Shown here in pieces: positions 23,372-37,999 of a stretch of 64,000 bases of DNA. This DNA comes from Octopus bimaculoides (taxonomy: Eukaryota). The DNA is taken from NCBI RefSeq assembly GCF_001194135.2, contig NC_068983.1, positions 163,674,454 to 163,738,453 of the forward strand. Direction: 5' to 3'. Made by a program: the position numbers and the translations under genes. Within the stretch, counting starts at the first letter, position 1, and each line of letters starts with the position of its first letter. The notes below the pieces were generated by a model. It was not told where the DNA came from. It was given only the letters and a program-made list of their open reading frames with translations, and ran no database searches.

Positions 23372-23574
23372 TGTGAAATCTACGCACTTGGGTGCTATTT
23401 GACCATGAGATACCGGTTTTTATGGCAAAAGGAACATCGAGATACGCAACATAATGGTGGTTCATATTTTATATTTAAGCAGATCTAAGTAATTTAACAT
23501 GTAAATTGATTTAATTTTACTGGTGAAAATATTGTGTATTAGAATCAATCTTTCAGAAATATTTTAAATATATC

Positions 23575-23937
23575 GTGGTACTCCGTCGGTTACGATGACG
23601 AGGGTTCCAGTTGATCCGATCAACGGAACAGCCTGCTCGTGAAATTAACGTGCAAGTGGCCGAGCACTCTGCAGACACGTGTGCCCTTAACGTAATTCCC
23701 AGAGAGATTCAAAGTGACACACAGTGTGACAAGGCTGACCTTTTGAAACAGGAAGAAAGAGTGAGAGAAAGTTGTGGTGAAAGAGTACAGCAGGATTCGC
23801 CACCACCCTGCCGGAGCCTCGGGGAGCTTTAGTTGTTTTCGCTCAATAAACACTCACAACATCCGGTCTGGGAATCGAAACCGTGATCTTACGACCGCGA
23901 GTCCGCTGCCCTCACCACTGGGCCATTGCGCTTCCAC
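23575..23937 (-). mobile_element. SINE family D with target-site duplication
   Basis: Homologous to 57881-58260; flanked by attttaaata on both sides. Confidence 0.85.
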
Positions 23938-26269
23938 ATTTTAAATAAAATTGCATATAAATGAGAGTAAAATAAAACCATTTTAACTTATTTTTTATAT
24001 TTTAAAATATGAACTGACTTTAATGGTCAGTTGTGTAAAAGTAATTTGTCTCGTGATTCAACCATTCTTTCTACACCATCGGAATACAAGAAGGCAGAGC
24101 CCTATCTTGTTCTTACTGAAATCTCTTAAATTTTCATCACACCTTGTACAATCTTATACAAAACTGTGAAAACATAACTTTGCAAATCGATTTTACTTTA
24201 GAATGCCGATCAGGCATTGTTATTTGACCGCAAATGTAACAGAACTTGTTTGGATCATTTTTGTAGTCATTTATTGTTCAGACATTTGTAATAAAGAATT
24301 AACAAATATAAACAGAGAAATACACACGAGAAATACAGTGCTGTACTCTTCCAATCGCTATACTGTCTGAAAAAGACACTGAGACAATAAGCAAAATATG
24401 AAATCGCTGCCACGTGAAAAACTCTACCAGTGGTCTGTGTGTGTGTGTGTGTGTGTGTGTTGACATTTTCAAACTAATTAGTTCAATTAATTAATTTGTG
24501 CAACTTCTTCAGAAAATTACTTCGTTATACATTCATTAACAATTCGTTTTGAAAAATTATAGAAACTGAAAAATATGATTTCTATATGAAAGCTAGAAAA
24601 GTGAAGCTGATAAAAGGAAACGGATACCAGATTCGAATTTAGTAATATATAGCATCAGTTTATAATGTCATTAACAGTAGAAATGAAGCCGGACAGTGTT
24701 ATAGGATTGGTCAATGAAAGCTGACTAAAAATTAAGCAGGAAGAGTAACAACAACCTCTGCGATTTGTGGTGATGTAGTCTGTCTCCGTGTGTTTCTGTG
24801 ATGAATCATGGAGCTGATCTCATCACTCAACAAACGACACCCGCAACAAATTAAAACTATCATCGCTAACTACGAAACACTCCTCGGTTATACAATGTTT
24901 CTATGTTTACAGCGGGGTTGGGTGTTTCTATTTATGTGGACGATTTATTAACAACAGCTATAAGGAGCTAAACCATTTAAAGGTTAAATCGAGATAGAAT
25001 ATTGGCGCTGTTGTTTCGACATCCATCACCCACCTTCATCTGAGGGGCGTTTGACTCCTGAGTCTTACAAATTAGATATGTTGTGGAGTTTCGTTTCCGT
25101 TGCTTTTGTGTATTCGTTGCCGAGTAAAATATTTATATTAATGTAGTTTCACAACATTTATATTCTAAGCTACTTTGAGTTAAAAATTACGGCTGTCAGT
25201 CGAGAACAAGAGTTACTATCAAAATAACTCCGGTTCTTGTAACGAATAACTTCCAAATGTCTAAGCCAGGATTCGAAGCCAAATGCACATTTTCCTACAA
25301 GTTCTCCTCCTATTGTTCTCGCCTTTTACACTAGTTATGAGGTCAACTGTCATACTTAGGCTTTATTGTTTAAGGTAGCATTCTTAGGTAAAACAGGGTT
25401 CTGGCTGATTATAGAGGAAAACTCTTTTGTTTAGCCTTACCTAGTTTGGTTATGAAGGATATAAATATGCAATCTCAAATCGGTTCCATCTCTTTAGTCG
25501 TTCTGTTCCTAGTCAAAAAACATCTCTCTTTCTCACTTCAAGTATGCCTGTCATCGCGTGACAACACAACTCTTAATGCTTCTACCTCCTTAAACTCACT
25601 CACTCACTCTTTGTCAATCTAACTATCTATCTATCTATCTATCTATCTATATATCTATCTCTATCTCTCTCTCTCTTTAATAATCACATACAGATGAAAT
25701 TTACTATCTACACAATTGTCTATAGAACATGGTAAAGATCAATAATAACGATACAATAAAGGGCCATTTCAATCAATTAATATTGTTTTTCTTCTCTCAT
25801 TTATTCTGTGCATATCATTGTTTTATTTAACCGTTACATACTCTTAGGTCTTCTTTCAGGGACGATTGACCATGTTACAAAACAACAGAGTCGTGGAACA
25901 TTGCGTATATAAGGTGGCGTCCTGTCAATATCTAAGACATTCTATTTGTATTGATTCATTATATTTAGAGATTAATAGGTATTACGAGCCGGAACATATC
26001 ACCAAGTGTTTCGTTAGCCTACGACTTTCAATACTCTTATCAGCTTCCTGGATCATTAATCAACTATTCACATCTTGCAACCATTTCAACAGATTCTTCA
26101 ATACATTCGATAAACATAAATGAAAATGAACGGGAAATAGTCGATCAGTCTGTGTACAAATACAGTTTTCCACGTTCAAAATAACCTTCAAAATCGTATC
26201 ATGTCCATGGGACGTTTCGATATTCTGAATCACAAACAACAAGTGATATGTAATATACAACATGTAAAG

Positions 26270-26545
26270 CAGTGGTTCTTAACCGGGGTTTATATGGCCC
26301 CTGAGGGTCCATGTAACCCGTGAGGATCTATATAAGATTTTGGGGCTCCATGCAAGCAAAATAATAAATTGGGGATTCATGGCAGTATTTTAAGGGTCCA
26401 TGAATAAATTTTGGTTTAGATGTATTTATTGCAAGAAACAGCTCAGTTTGTTTCTGTAACATTTTACAAAGCTCAGCCTTCAGAAGTGAAAGGGAGAAAA
26501 GCAAAATAGGGATTTTGAAAGAAGTGTCTATAAAACTAGTTTTTA
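26270..26545 (+). mobile_element. hAT (Charlie-like) MITE left part
   Basis: Begins CAGTGGTTCTTAACC. I did not find the opposite TIR. A related piece lies near 38942-39070. Confidence 0.5.
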
Positions 26546-26582
26546 ATCATCGAAGGCTCTGAGGGTCAAGCAGAAGAGAAAG

Positions 26583-26990
26583 GAGCAGGAGTGGCTGTGT
26601 GGTAAGTAGCTTGCTTAGCAACCACATGGTTCCGGGTTCAGTCCCGCTGCGTGGCACTTTGGGCAGATGTCTTCTACTATAGCCTCGAGCCGACCAAAGC
26701 CTTGTGAGTGGATTTGGTAGAAGGAAACTGAAAGAAGCCCGTCGTATATATGTGTATATATATATATGTATGTATGTGTGTTTGTTTGTGTCCCCCACCA
26801 TCGCTTGACAACCGATGCTGGTGTGTTTACGTCCACGTAACTTAGCGGTTCGGCAAAAAATACCGATAGAATAAGTCATAGGCTTACAAACAATAAGTCA
26901 TGGGGTCGATTTTCTCGACTAAAGGTGGTGCTCCAGCATGGCCGCAGTCAAATGACTGAAACAAGTAAAAGAGTAAAAGAGCAAAGGGAG
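26583..26990 (+). mobile_element. SINE family B, full length
   Basis: Head, central (TA/TG)n, right arm and taaaagag tail are all present. Confidence 0.9.
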
Positions 26991-27071
26991 GCGTAGACGA
27001 AAAACGATTGAAAACCATTGACATAACGCATTCATAGCGATGTGTCTATCGTTATTATATGAACCAACTTA

Positions 27072-27292
27072 AGGCGGCTAGGAGTTGGCAGAAACGTTAG
27101 CACGCCGGGTGAAACGCTTAGCGGTATTTCATCTGTCTTTACGTTCTGAGTTCAAATTCCGCCGAGGTCAACTTTACCTCCCATCCTTTCGAGGTCGATA
27201 AATTAAGTACCAGTTGCGTACTGGGGTCGATATAATCGACTGGTCCCCTCCCCAAAAATTTCGGGCCTTGTGCCTAGAGTTGAAAAGATTAT
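27072..27292 (+). mobile_element. SINE family A, full length
   Basis: Head, core and tail are all present. Confidence 0.9.
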
Positions 27293-27586
27293 ATGAACAA
27301 ACTCTATAAGAGAGCCGAGGTTGACTCTGCCTTTCGGGGTCAATAAAATAGCTATCAGTTGAGCACTGGGAGTCGATGTATTCAAATTAACTCACTCCTG
27401 AAATTGGTGGCCTCGTGCTAAGATTTGAAACCTATAGGAGCAAACTCATAACATGTTAGCTGAAGTCTTTTGCAGATATTTCATTGTTGCATATCCTTTT
27501 TAGGGATACAAATTTATTTACAATGTTTAAGTTCACTTGGAATTCGCTAATAAATAGCAAAATGTTTTGGATAAACTGAAAAAGTT

Positions 27587-27632
<46 letters not shown>

Positions 27633-27711
27633 CTCACATCACCACACCACACTAACACAGTTACGCACACATTCACTCACTTTCACATGCGCGTGTAGAA
27701 ACCCATCGTTC

Positions 27712-27749
<38 letters not shown>

Positions 27750-27754
27750 ATACA

Positions 27755-28457
27755 ATTATAATTAAGGGCATAGAAGAGTCACGCCTATATGCTGAAAAGA
27801 GACGCTAAAACGTCTAACCACTTTAAACAATCACATACTACTCACATGCCGAAATCGAGGGAATATGCTGACAGAAATTCATAAAAAATAAACAGCTTTG
27901 GATTGATAAATTTTTGGATTTGTCTCATGACATTTCCTCATCAGCAAAGCATACTTGGGGAAATAAATGAGATATTTATACATACCCACAAGAAAGCAAA
28001 ACGCAAAGCCGTGATTACATGAAAATATCACAAATATATCCACATCGAATTTTGTAGCCTGCCTCAGCACGTGTGTATTCGGTCAGAGTACTCCAGAAGT
28101 GACTAGACTGTCCCGAAGTGAATGGAAATTATTCAATTATAATAATAAAGGATGTAATCGTTAAAATTTAATCAGTGGCCAGAATATAAAATAGACCTAT
28201 TAAGGTGAATTCATATATATATATAATTAGAATCAAGGCCGTAGAAAAGAATTTCCTATGTACTAAACAGAGACGCTGAATAGTCTAACCACTTTAAATC
28301 ATCACATATTACACAGGTTTCAATAGATGGAGTAAGCTGTTAAAAATTCATAAAACAATACAGTTATAATTATATATATATATATGAATTCACCTTAACA
28401 GGTCTATTTTATATGCTGGCCACTAAGATTTCAACGATTTTTATCCTTTATTATTAT
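27755..28457. mobile_element. Repeat cassette with duplicated core and inverted arms, probably Penelope-like
   Basis: 27760-27897 is homologous to 28227-28365, and 28139-28228 is inverted at 28367-28457. A hammerhead-like motif lies at 27895-27950. Confidence 0.5.
27895..27950 (-). ncRNA. Decayed type-I hammerhead motif
   Basis: GCTTTG-CTGATGA-GGA AA TGTC ATGA GACA AA TCC-AAAAA-TT TATC AA-TC-CAAAGC. All three stems can form, but GAAA is replaced by an A-run. Confidence 0.5.
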
Positions 28458-29204
28458 ATGTGTGTCTAAATCTGTATATGTATTATGTACGTATATTTAT
28501 GTACCTAGTGACAAGTCGAAACGAGATTATCTGTAATCACATGAAACTGCAGGTTTTACATCAGAGTGTCCCTCTCCTAGAAGAATGCTGTGACAACAGC
28601 TAGGGGTCCCTCACTCCCAGTGGTTTTACTGCGCGCCCTAACACCGGTCAAGGATATTTCTGCGTCTCTGTGCTTAGATAGATTGTCATCCCCTATGCTG
28701 GGATCCTGACATGAGCTACTACTCACCATTAGAGTAGACACGAACCATAATGACTAAGAGGTGCCCCACACTCCTCTGGAGCGCTGGAACTCCCTAATCA
28801 GAGTCCCACTACTAGTGGCGTCCAAGTGTTTCTTTATGATTACCTCATTCGTCGTTCCATCTACTGAAAGTCCTTTAGCAATGGAAGACGAGCGATGTGT
28901 GCTGACCTAACCAGTATCAAACACACACAGTAAGGTACAACTTTCATCTATCACCTATGCTCCGAACCGTTCAGATCTGCAACGAGGCTGCATAATTATC
29001 GAAGAGGTCATGGGTGGAGAGTCATATATGCTATTGGCAAGAGGAAACACAACGACGGCAATCCCCTGCGAAGATGGAGCAATCACCATATACGTATGCA
29101 TGTCTTCTCTTTCCCTTTTTAATTTTGAGTAAATTTTGATCGGCCATCTACTTGGTCGCAAAGATGTGAAGAAAAAGCATTTTGCTTTAACCATCACTCT
29201 TTAA

Positions 29205-29565
29205 ATCTTAAGATAGTCATGCAATTTTTTATAATCCCAGATATAGCGATCATTTGCAGTGCATGAATTAAAGATTTCTGTTCTCTCCCCCAAGATCTCA
29301 AGTTCAGCCATACTTTGCTCTGGTCAGGCTGGTATGTGTCCTATTGCTCCAATAATAATAGGTATAAAGCGGAACGTGTATGTTGGGTACTGGATTTTCA
29401 AACTTGGGTACTGGATTATCAAAGATCCATAGATGCTCTCTTTCCCTTGCATTTTTCTAACCCCATTCTTGTCCAGAGGGCAGCTGATTTCCACAAAAAA
29501 ACATACCTTTTCTTTGTAGTCCCACGCAACAATATCTGGTGGGTTGTGTTTTAACTTGGGAGCCG
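29205..29565 (-). mobile_element. RLE retrotransposon C-terminal fragment, family delta
   Basis: Encodes KHNPPDIVAWDYKEKVCFFVEISCPLD..FIPIIIGAIG..LQMIAISG (PD..E motif). Confidence 0.8.
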
Positions 29566-30619
29566 TTTTAATTTTTAAGTTCCATTAATATTCTTTTAAC
29601 CTGTTGGTCTCAATATAATCAACTTCGCATGTAGGTGTTTTTATGTATATATGTATGTATGCATATATGTATGTATGCATATATATATATGTATGTGGGT
29701 AGGTAGGTAGGTAGGTAGGTAGGTAGGTACGTAGGTATGAATAAATTTACATACACACGGCAGGTTATTACTCATGCGCATGCGCAGTGATCGATGTTGA
29801 AATGGCGTGGTTGTTAAGCGAACTATTGTCATACAGATATACTTAATAAAAGAACTTTTTATAACAACAAAAATGACACCAACAATAAAAAAAACAACTA
29901 CAAGCTTTCATGGCATTAGTTATTTTTCCAATCGGTGCAGCGAATAATTGACGCAATTATCTCAAATAATATCATTTTAGCTGTTAACATGAAATGGAAA
30001 GGGCGAAGTTAAACGAACTTGTGAACTGCCTTCAAATCACTTGGAAGATATTTAAACAGGAAAAAAAAACACGTTGATTCGTTTCATATATCACATGTAT
30101 CATTTAATGGCCGATACATTTAGAAGGTAAAATTCTAATAGGAAATGTTATTGCTACTATTACTGTACATGGAATAATGCTTGTTTTTCGGCACATAAAT
30201 GACAATATGATTATGGACAAAGACATAACCATTTGTTCAAATACATTGCCTATGCATTTAATGATAAAATATTAATTCACAGACATTTTAATCTGAATAC
30301 ACCACGCAGTTTCATTTCTCATTTAGAACATTTCACTTTTATGTGTGTACATACATACATATATATATGTGTGTGTGTGTGTGTGTGGTTGTGTGTGGAA
30401 GGGACGTGTGGGGTGTGTGTGTATCTATCTATCTATCTATCTATCTAGATATATATATATATACACACAGACACACACATACATATATGTATATATATAA
30501 ATATAGATATATACACATATGCGCGCGCGCACTCACACACTCATATATATGTATATACAAAATATACATATATGTACATACATATATGGATGTACGCATA
30601 TATATACAAACGCACATGC

Positions 30620-30671
<52 letters not shown>

Positions 30672-30975
30672 NNNNNNNNNNNNNNNNNNNNNNNNNNNNN
30701 NNNNNNNNNNNNNNNNNNNNNNNNNNNNNNNNNNNNNNNNNNNNNNNNNNNNNNNNNNNNNNNNNNNNNNNNNNNNNNNNNNNNNNNNNNNNNNNNNNNN
30801 NNNNNNNNNNNNNNNNNNNNNNNNNNNNNNNNNNNNNNNNNNNNNNNNNNNNNNNNNNNNNNNNNNNNNNNNNNNNNNNNNNNNNNNNNNNNNNNNNNNN
30901 NNNNNNNNNNNNNNNNNNNNNNNNNNNNNNNNNNNNNNNNNNNNNNNNNNNNNNNNNATATATATATATATATAA

Positions 30976-31575
30976 ATTTCTTTATTGCCCACAGGGGGCT
31001 AAACATAGAGGAGACAAACAAAGGGATTAAGTCGATTACATCGATCCCAGTGCGTAACTGGGATTTATTTTATCGACCCCGAAAGGATGAAAGGCAAAGT
31101 CGACCTAGGCGGAATTTGAACTCTGAACGTAACGGCTGACGAAATACCGCTGAGCATTTCACCCGGCTAACGATTCTGCGCAGGTGTGGATGTGTGGTAA
31201 GAAGCTTGCTTCCCAACCACATGGTTCTGGATTCAGTCCCACTGCGCGGCACCTTGGGCAAATGTCTTCTACTATAGCTTTGGACTGACCAAATCCTTGT
31301 TAATGGATTCGGTTGATAGAAACTGAAAGAAGCCCGTCGTATATGTATGTGTGTGCGTATCTGTGTTTTTCCTCCTATCCCTGCTTGACAACCGATATTG
31401 GTTTGTTTACGTCCCGTAGATAAGCGGTTCGACAAATTGACTGAAAGAATAAATACTAAACTTTAAAAAGTAAGTCCTGGGGTTGATTTGCTCAACTAAA
31501 TTCCTTTAAGGCGCTACTCCAGCATGGCCGCAGTCAAATGACTTAAGCAAATAAAAGAATAAAAGAATAAAAGAA
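30976..31575. mobile_element. Family-A SINE (-, alternative tail) head-to-head with a family-B SINE (+)
   Basis: The A copy spans ~30976-31180 and the B copy ~31180-31575. Confidence 0.8.
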
Positions 31576-32199
31576 TATATATATATATATATAGTGTAAA
31601 TACTGAATATTAATATTATTCATAAATATGTGGGTGTGTATCTATTTGGTCAAGTGCATTTCTTGCACCTCAGTTAAGGTGCAAGTGGCTGAGTATCTCA
31701 CGGTCATGTCTACCTTGAACACAAATAATTATCTCGCCGTCTTCCTACTTGTTGGCTAGTGTGTCCAAGGATTTCGATTTCTTTCTGATCGAATAACTAT
31801 TCCATATTGATGATGTCATAGCAAAACAGCGTCACAAGAAACAGGTGGAAAGAAAGATTTGTAGAGTGACAGTTGTATTTTGCATTTTTTTCTTGTGTTT
31901 ATTTTGAATGTTTTTCTTCAACTTTTCTTTTTCTTTATTCTTCAAAAAGTTCAGTTCTGCTGGTGGCAGTGTGATGCCAGTGGGAATGGCTCAAGTTTTC
32001 CGTTTCTTTACTTTTTTCTTGTGAATTCCAATAGTTTTGTGGTTTGACTGAAACGGCAGCAGGTTTGTCTTAATAAAAACCGCACACGCTGAAATATCGT
32101 CTTATGACGAGTGATTCAGTATATGAATGTGGTTTGTATAACCAACTACATCCCCATGGTATCACTTGGCATACTATCTATCAAAAGTATTTTCGGGGT

Positions 32200-32350
32200 C
32201 GTAGTGTTTTCTCTTGCTCTCTGCTTTTCATCTGCAGTTGTCTTGCACACAAAGCCTTTGTTTTATACATGCCATTCTGCAGGAGTCCAGTTTTATTTTC
32301 ACTGATGGTTGATGCGCATAGCTAAATCCATTCGTTCAGCCCTTAGTATT
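32200..32350 (-). mobile_element. Possible Tc1 transposase remnant
   Basis: RAERMDLAMR..NWTPAEWHV..ADEK resembles RL.FA..H..WT..DW..V.FSDE; stops are present. Confidence 0.25.
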
Positions 32351-33084
32351 TGATACAACATCAGAAGCGATCCAAACGATTTACTTCGAGGCGACAAAAT
32401 GATTCTTAATTCATTGAATAGTTGAAGCCTTGCAGAAAATAATTCAAAACGTGAGCTGTTGCTAACCAAATATGACTTCAATAAACACCTCAAGACATTC
32501 TATTCATCTTTACAACACAGACTATTTTGAATTCCTGAAGCATCAGACTAGATGATTCTTGTATCGCTTATAACATCATAGATAAATTCTGACTTACGAA
32601 TTTGCTGAGTTATCACAATTTTAGGGCGGCTTGAACTATTCATTATATCAAACATTACTTGAATATACCACGTTTAATGTACACATTGCTGTCTTCGACA
32701 CGTCATTCATAAGGTAAATTACAAATTTACAAATCTTTGATTAAATAATGTTCCAAATCTATTGTATGTTATCAATATCGATCTGTCTCTGAATAGTATA
32801 CGTACTGGCAAGTCAGCATGCGAATACGAAACGGTGGTTTAGACAATCGTTCTACTGTCTTTCTCACGCCATCTTCTTCATCGCTTCAAAGCTCGCTTGC
32901 CGTCTGGTTAGCAGACTCTCCTTTTTTTCCTCAGTCGATGATCTGTCCTGTCGGATTGAAAAACTGGATTAGCTATCTGGGGCCACGAGGAGAAAACACG
33001 TCGGGAATGGAAACGATGTTGCTTCTCAATTTAATACGAACATTTGGCCAAAATGTGCCAAATTGTTTACTTTCAGCCAAGGAA

Positions 33085-33510
33085 TAGACTATTACTTCGA
33101 CGCCATGTGTTGTCCTTCAGTCGTGCGCTGTGGTTAACCCATCGAAATTTGCTCACCTTGGTGATTCTTATGGTGTCATTGACTCACTCTACTTTCGAAT
33201 CCAGGCGTTGGTTTTCTTGTCTCGCAATGTGATGCCGAGCATGACTCGTTCCATTTTCTATTCGGCTACAACAAGGGCATTTATAATGATAGTGTTGAGC
33301 GCCCATGTCTCGCAGCTGTAAATCATCACTGTTAGGATGTACACGTTAAAGATCTTTCTTTTAATTTTCATGGAAGCCTTGGGATTTCTCGTGAAGTTTT
33401 CTACGTACCCAAAGGTTCCCCAACTAAGCGCTATTCTTCACTTGGTTTCCGGGAGGAGATTTCCCTTTTTCGTCACCATTTACTTGGTAGATGTGCAAAC
33501 ATGACAATTG
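33085..33510 (-). mobile_element. RTE-clade LINE RT C-terminal fragment
   Basis: Encodes RIALSWGTF..KRKIFNVYILTVMIYSCETWAL..MERVMLGITLRDKKTNAWIR..KFRWVNH. Confidence 0.85.
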
Positions 33511-33966
33511 GAGTCTCATCAACTGATGTAGAGGCATCATTCAACCAACTCCAGAAAAAAAAAACAGTCTGCTAATTCGTTTCAATGCACATCAAATCCT
33601 GTAGCTCCAGTTCTCTGAAGCTATTAGATTTGGTGTGTATTAGTGTTTAACGCTTCATTTAAAATCAATCTCCTGTCAACAGAAAGTCCCGTCCACGCAG
33701 CTTCAGGGTATATGATATACGAAAACTTACGAAGTAGGCATACAACCATGACAGAACACACACACAGAATCCAGGCACACCGTAGAGAGCTTAACAACTT
33801 CTACTGTTGTGCATATACTTATGTAGTGTAGAATATGAACGACATCATGGTGATTTCTTGTCACGCTCAGGCAAATAACATACCCAACAACGTCAACAAC
33901 CACATGCTCTCCAATTTGGTGTATTTCAATGTCGCCAGATGTTTCCTTTTCTCACTCACTCTCTCT

Positions 33967-34066
<100 letters not shown>

Positions 34067-34457
34067 TTGATTATCAACTTAAAATCATACAAGTGGGCTT
34101 TCGTTAATACTACTTTCCACAGTAGAGTTGACAACTGCAGGGCGTCTGTTTATGCATCGCCGACCAGCTTTATTAAACAGCGTTGAGGACGCCTACGTAC
34201 GCAATAAAATCTCCTGAATATAAACAAGGGCTGCAGGGATAGAAATGCCAACACCATTGGGGTGAAACTGCATAATTTATTTCATGTACACTCCATTAAA
34301 TCTCAAGAGCCTTAATTAAAAGCAATTATTATGATGTTTAGTCTGCTTTCAAAATTCAACCTTATGAAATCTAGCGACTGGCTACAACTAGTATATTCAA
34401 AATATTCAAATTGTGGCAAAAGACACATACATAGATACATATACAAACATACATATG

Positions 34458-34566
<109 letters not shown>

Positions 34567-35124
34567 TACATATCAACATTTTAGTTATACATTTTCCCGT
34601 CTCTGAAGCCAGATTTAGGCTAAATAGGAAAGAAGACTGATTTAATCTGCTTAGAGCAGATTAGTTAGGATTAATGGTAGAAAACTCACTAGCCATAATT
34701 TTTACTCACATACTGATAATTCTTTGTATTACTCTGACTCGATATGGCTTAACTGCTTTAATCTGTCGAAAACAGATGTGGGCTGAGTTTCGCTTTTGTC
34801 ATCAATACCTGAAAGAGAAAAACTAAAAAAATAGGACAGAGATATTCTACTAACAGAAATGATTACCAATTAAGTTTTGTCAATGAGAAAAGAACAACCT
34901 CCATAATTAAATTAATTATGGTTTTGTAATCGTTAAATGTTATCTTGAAGAATTCACAAATGGACGATATGGGATTGGAGGCATCGCATTTGCTTGTTAC
35001 ATACATACGTACGTACATACACATGCATAGATACATACATACACACTACATGCATACATATACACGTGTACATACATACATACACATATACATACATGCA
35101 TGCATACATGTGTATGTGTATAAA

Positions 35125-35172
<48 letters not shown>

Positions 35173-36076
35173 NNNNNNNNNNNNNNNNNNNNNNNNNNNN
35201 NNNNNNNNNNNNNNNNNNNNNNNNNNNNNNNNNNNNNNNNNNNNNNNNNNNNNNNNNNNNNNNNNNNNNNNNNNNNNNNNNNNNNNNNNNNNNNNNNNNN
35301 NNNNNNNNNNNNNNNNNNNNNNNNNNNNNNNNNNNNNNNNNNNNNNNNNNNNNNNNNNNNNNNNNNNNNNNNNNNNNNNNNNNNNNNNNNNNNNNNNNNN
35401 NNNNNNNNNNNNNNNNNNNNNNNNNNNNNNNNNNNNNNNNNNNNNNNNNNNNNNNNNNNNNNNNNNNNNNNNNNNNNNNNNNNNNNNNNNNNNNNNNNNN
35501 NNNNNNNNNNNNNNNNNNNNNNNNNNNNNNNNNNNNNNNNNNNNNNNNNNNNNNNNNNNNNNNNNNNNNNNNNNNNNNNNNNNNNNNNNNNNNNNNNNNN
35601 NNNNNNNNNNNNNNNNNNNNNNNNNNNNNNNNNNNNNNNNNNNNNNNNNNNNNNNNNNNNNNNNNNNNNNNNNNNNNNNNNNNNNNNNNNNNNNNNNNNN
35701 NNNNNNNNNNNNNNNNNNNNNNNNNNNNNNNNNNNNNNNNNNNNNNNNNNNNNNNNNNNNNNNNNNNNNNNNNNNNNNNNNNNNNNNNNNNNNNNNNNNN
35801 NNNNNNNNNNNNNNNNNNNNNNNNNTATATATATATATATATATATATGAATATTTGTATGTACATATATGTAGGTATTTATGTATGTATATTGTATATG
35901 TACATGAACATATACAGGCATATTTTATATACACTTCCACGCGCACGCACACAAGAATTCAAAACACGGTGCGTTAAATTGCAAACTTATTTTACGTACA
36001 CCTATACACACGAACACACATTTATATAGCAATATAGTCAGATAGTCAGATAGATAGATAGATAGATAGATAGATG

Positions 36077-36108
<32 letters not shown>

Positions 36109-36209
36109 AAGAGAGATAGAGATAGATAGATACACACACATCCATCCATCCATCCATCCATGCATACATACATACATACATGTGTACATGCATATACACA
36201 CATGTACAT

Positions 36210-36722
<513 letters not shown>

Positions 36723-37703
36723 TATATATATATGCCTCTACCTCTCTCTCTTCTCTTCGCACGTGACCGGTGTTCGGCCAAGCCTGACCTTTCTTTCTTG
36801 GGCGGCTGTTGTGCGTGCAACATCGTTATTTCTCCCTGTACCCGTGAAATCTTGTATCCCGGCTGTAAGGCCTTATTTCCATATACGCCAACTTAATTTT
36901 ATTCGTCCAGTCGAAAGATATCTCTTGTTATGTCCTTTTTTATTATTTTTATTGTATTTGGGTAACATTGTTCGTTTTTTCTGTCCTTGTTTTCGTATAC
37001 ATTCGCTGCTTTCTTCCAAGGAATCTAATGCTTGGGGCTGGCCAGATTGGAGCAATATCGAGAATAACCAACCGAAATTGCAAAGATAATCTGGATCTCG
37101 ACTGAAGAAAGAAAACTCCGAATGACCTGTCCCTGTTTTCCTTGTATCATCCATCTGGATGTTTTGTCCCTTTCTTGTATCACCTAACTGTCTGGATGTT
37201 TTGTGTTCTTGTCCCATTTTGTAATANNNNNNNNNNNNNNNNNNNNNNNNNNNNNNNNNNNNNNNNNNNNNNNNNNNNNNNNNNNNNNNNNNNNNNNNNN
37301 NNNNNNNNNNNNNNNNNNNNNNNNNNNNNNNNNNNNNNNNNNNNNNNNNNNNNNNNNNNNNNNNNNNNNNNNNNNNNNNNNNNNNNNNNNNNNNNNNNNN
37401 NNNNNNNNNNNNNNNNNNNNNNNNNNNNNNNNNNNNNNNNNNNNNNNNNNNNNNNNNNNNNNNNNNNNNNNNNNNNNNNNNNNNNNNNNNNNNNNNNNNN
37501 NNNNNNNNNNNNNNNNNNNNNNNNNNNNNNNNNNNNNNNNNNNNNNNNNNNNNNNNNNNNNNNNNNNNNNNNNNNNNNNNNNNNNNNNNNNNNNNNNNNN
37601 NNNNNNNNNNNNNNNNNNNNNNNNNNNNNNNNNNNNNNNNNNNNNNNNNNNNNNNNNNNNNNNNNNNNNNNNNNNNNNNNNNNNNNNNNNNNNNNNNNNN
37701 NNN

Positions 37704-37999
37704 GTGAATAAAAATTTCACTATTCCAATCTTCAGCCCAAATATTCTGATAAATTTGAAAGTGTCTCTAAAAAAATGCACGGTAATTTTTGGCCATGCGA
37801 CACCAAAAATCAACGATAAGAAAGGCACTTACGAATTCATCGGCTAGTGAGTTCAGGCATCTCACGTCAAAGAAATCTATTCCATGTGCGTCACAAATAG
37901 TCCCGCATGGCCAAAAATTACCGTGAATTTTTTTAGAGACACTTTCAAATTTATCAGAATATTTGGGCTGAAGATTGGAATAGTGAAATTTTCATTCAC
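37704..37999. mobile_element. MITE with 96-bp inverted arms
   Basis: 37704-37799 and 37904-37999 match at 94 of 96 positions by my count. The left end is cut by a gap. Confidence 0.8.

Noticed and set aside
25975-26195. ~70-codon open plus-strand frame and a hammerhead-like string on the minus strand
   Set aside because: The frame length is reachable by chance and I found no partner exons. The hammerhead core (CTGATAA), stem II and cleavage site are all defective.
36760-37100. Possible APE endonuclease or ORF1 remnant
   Set aside because: The motif similarity is too loose to call.
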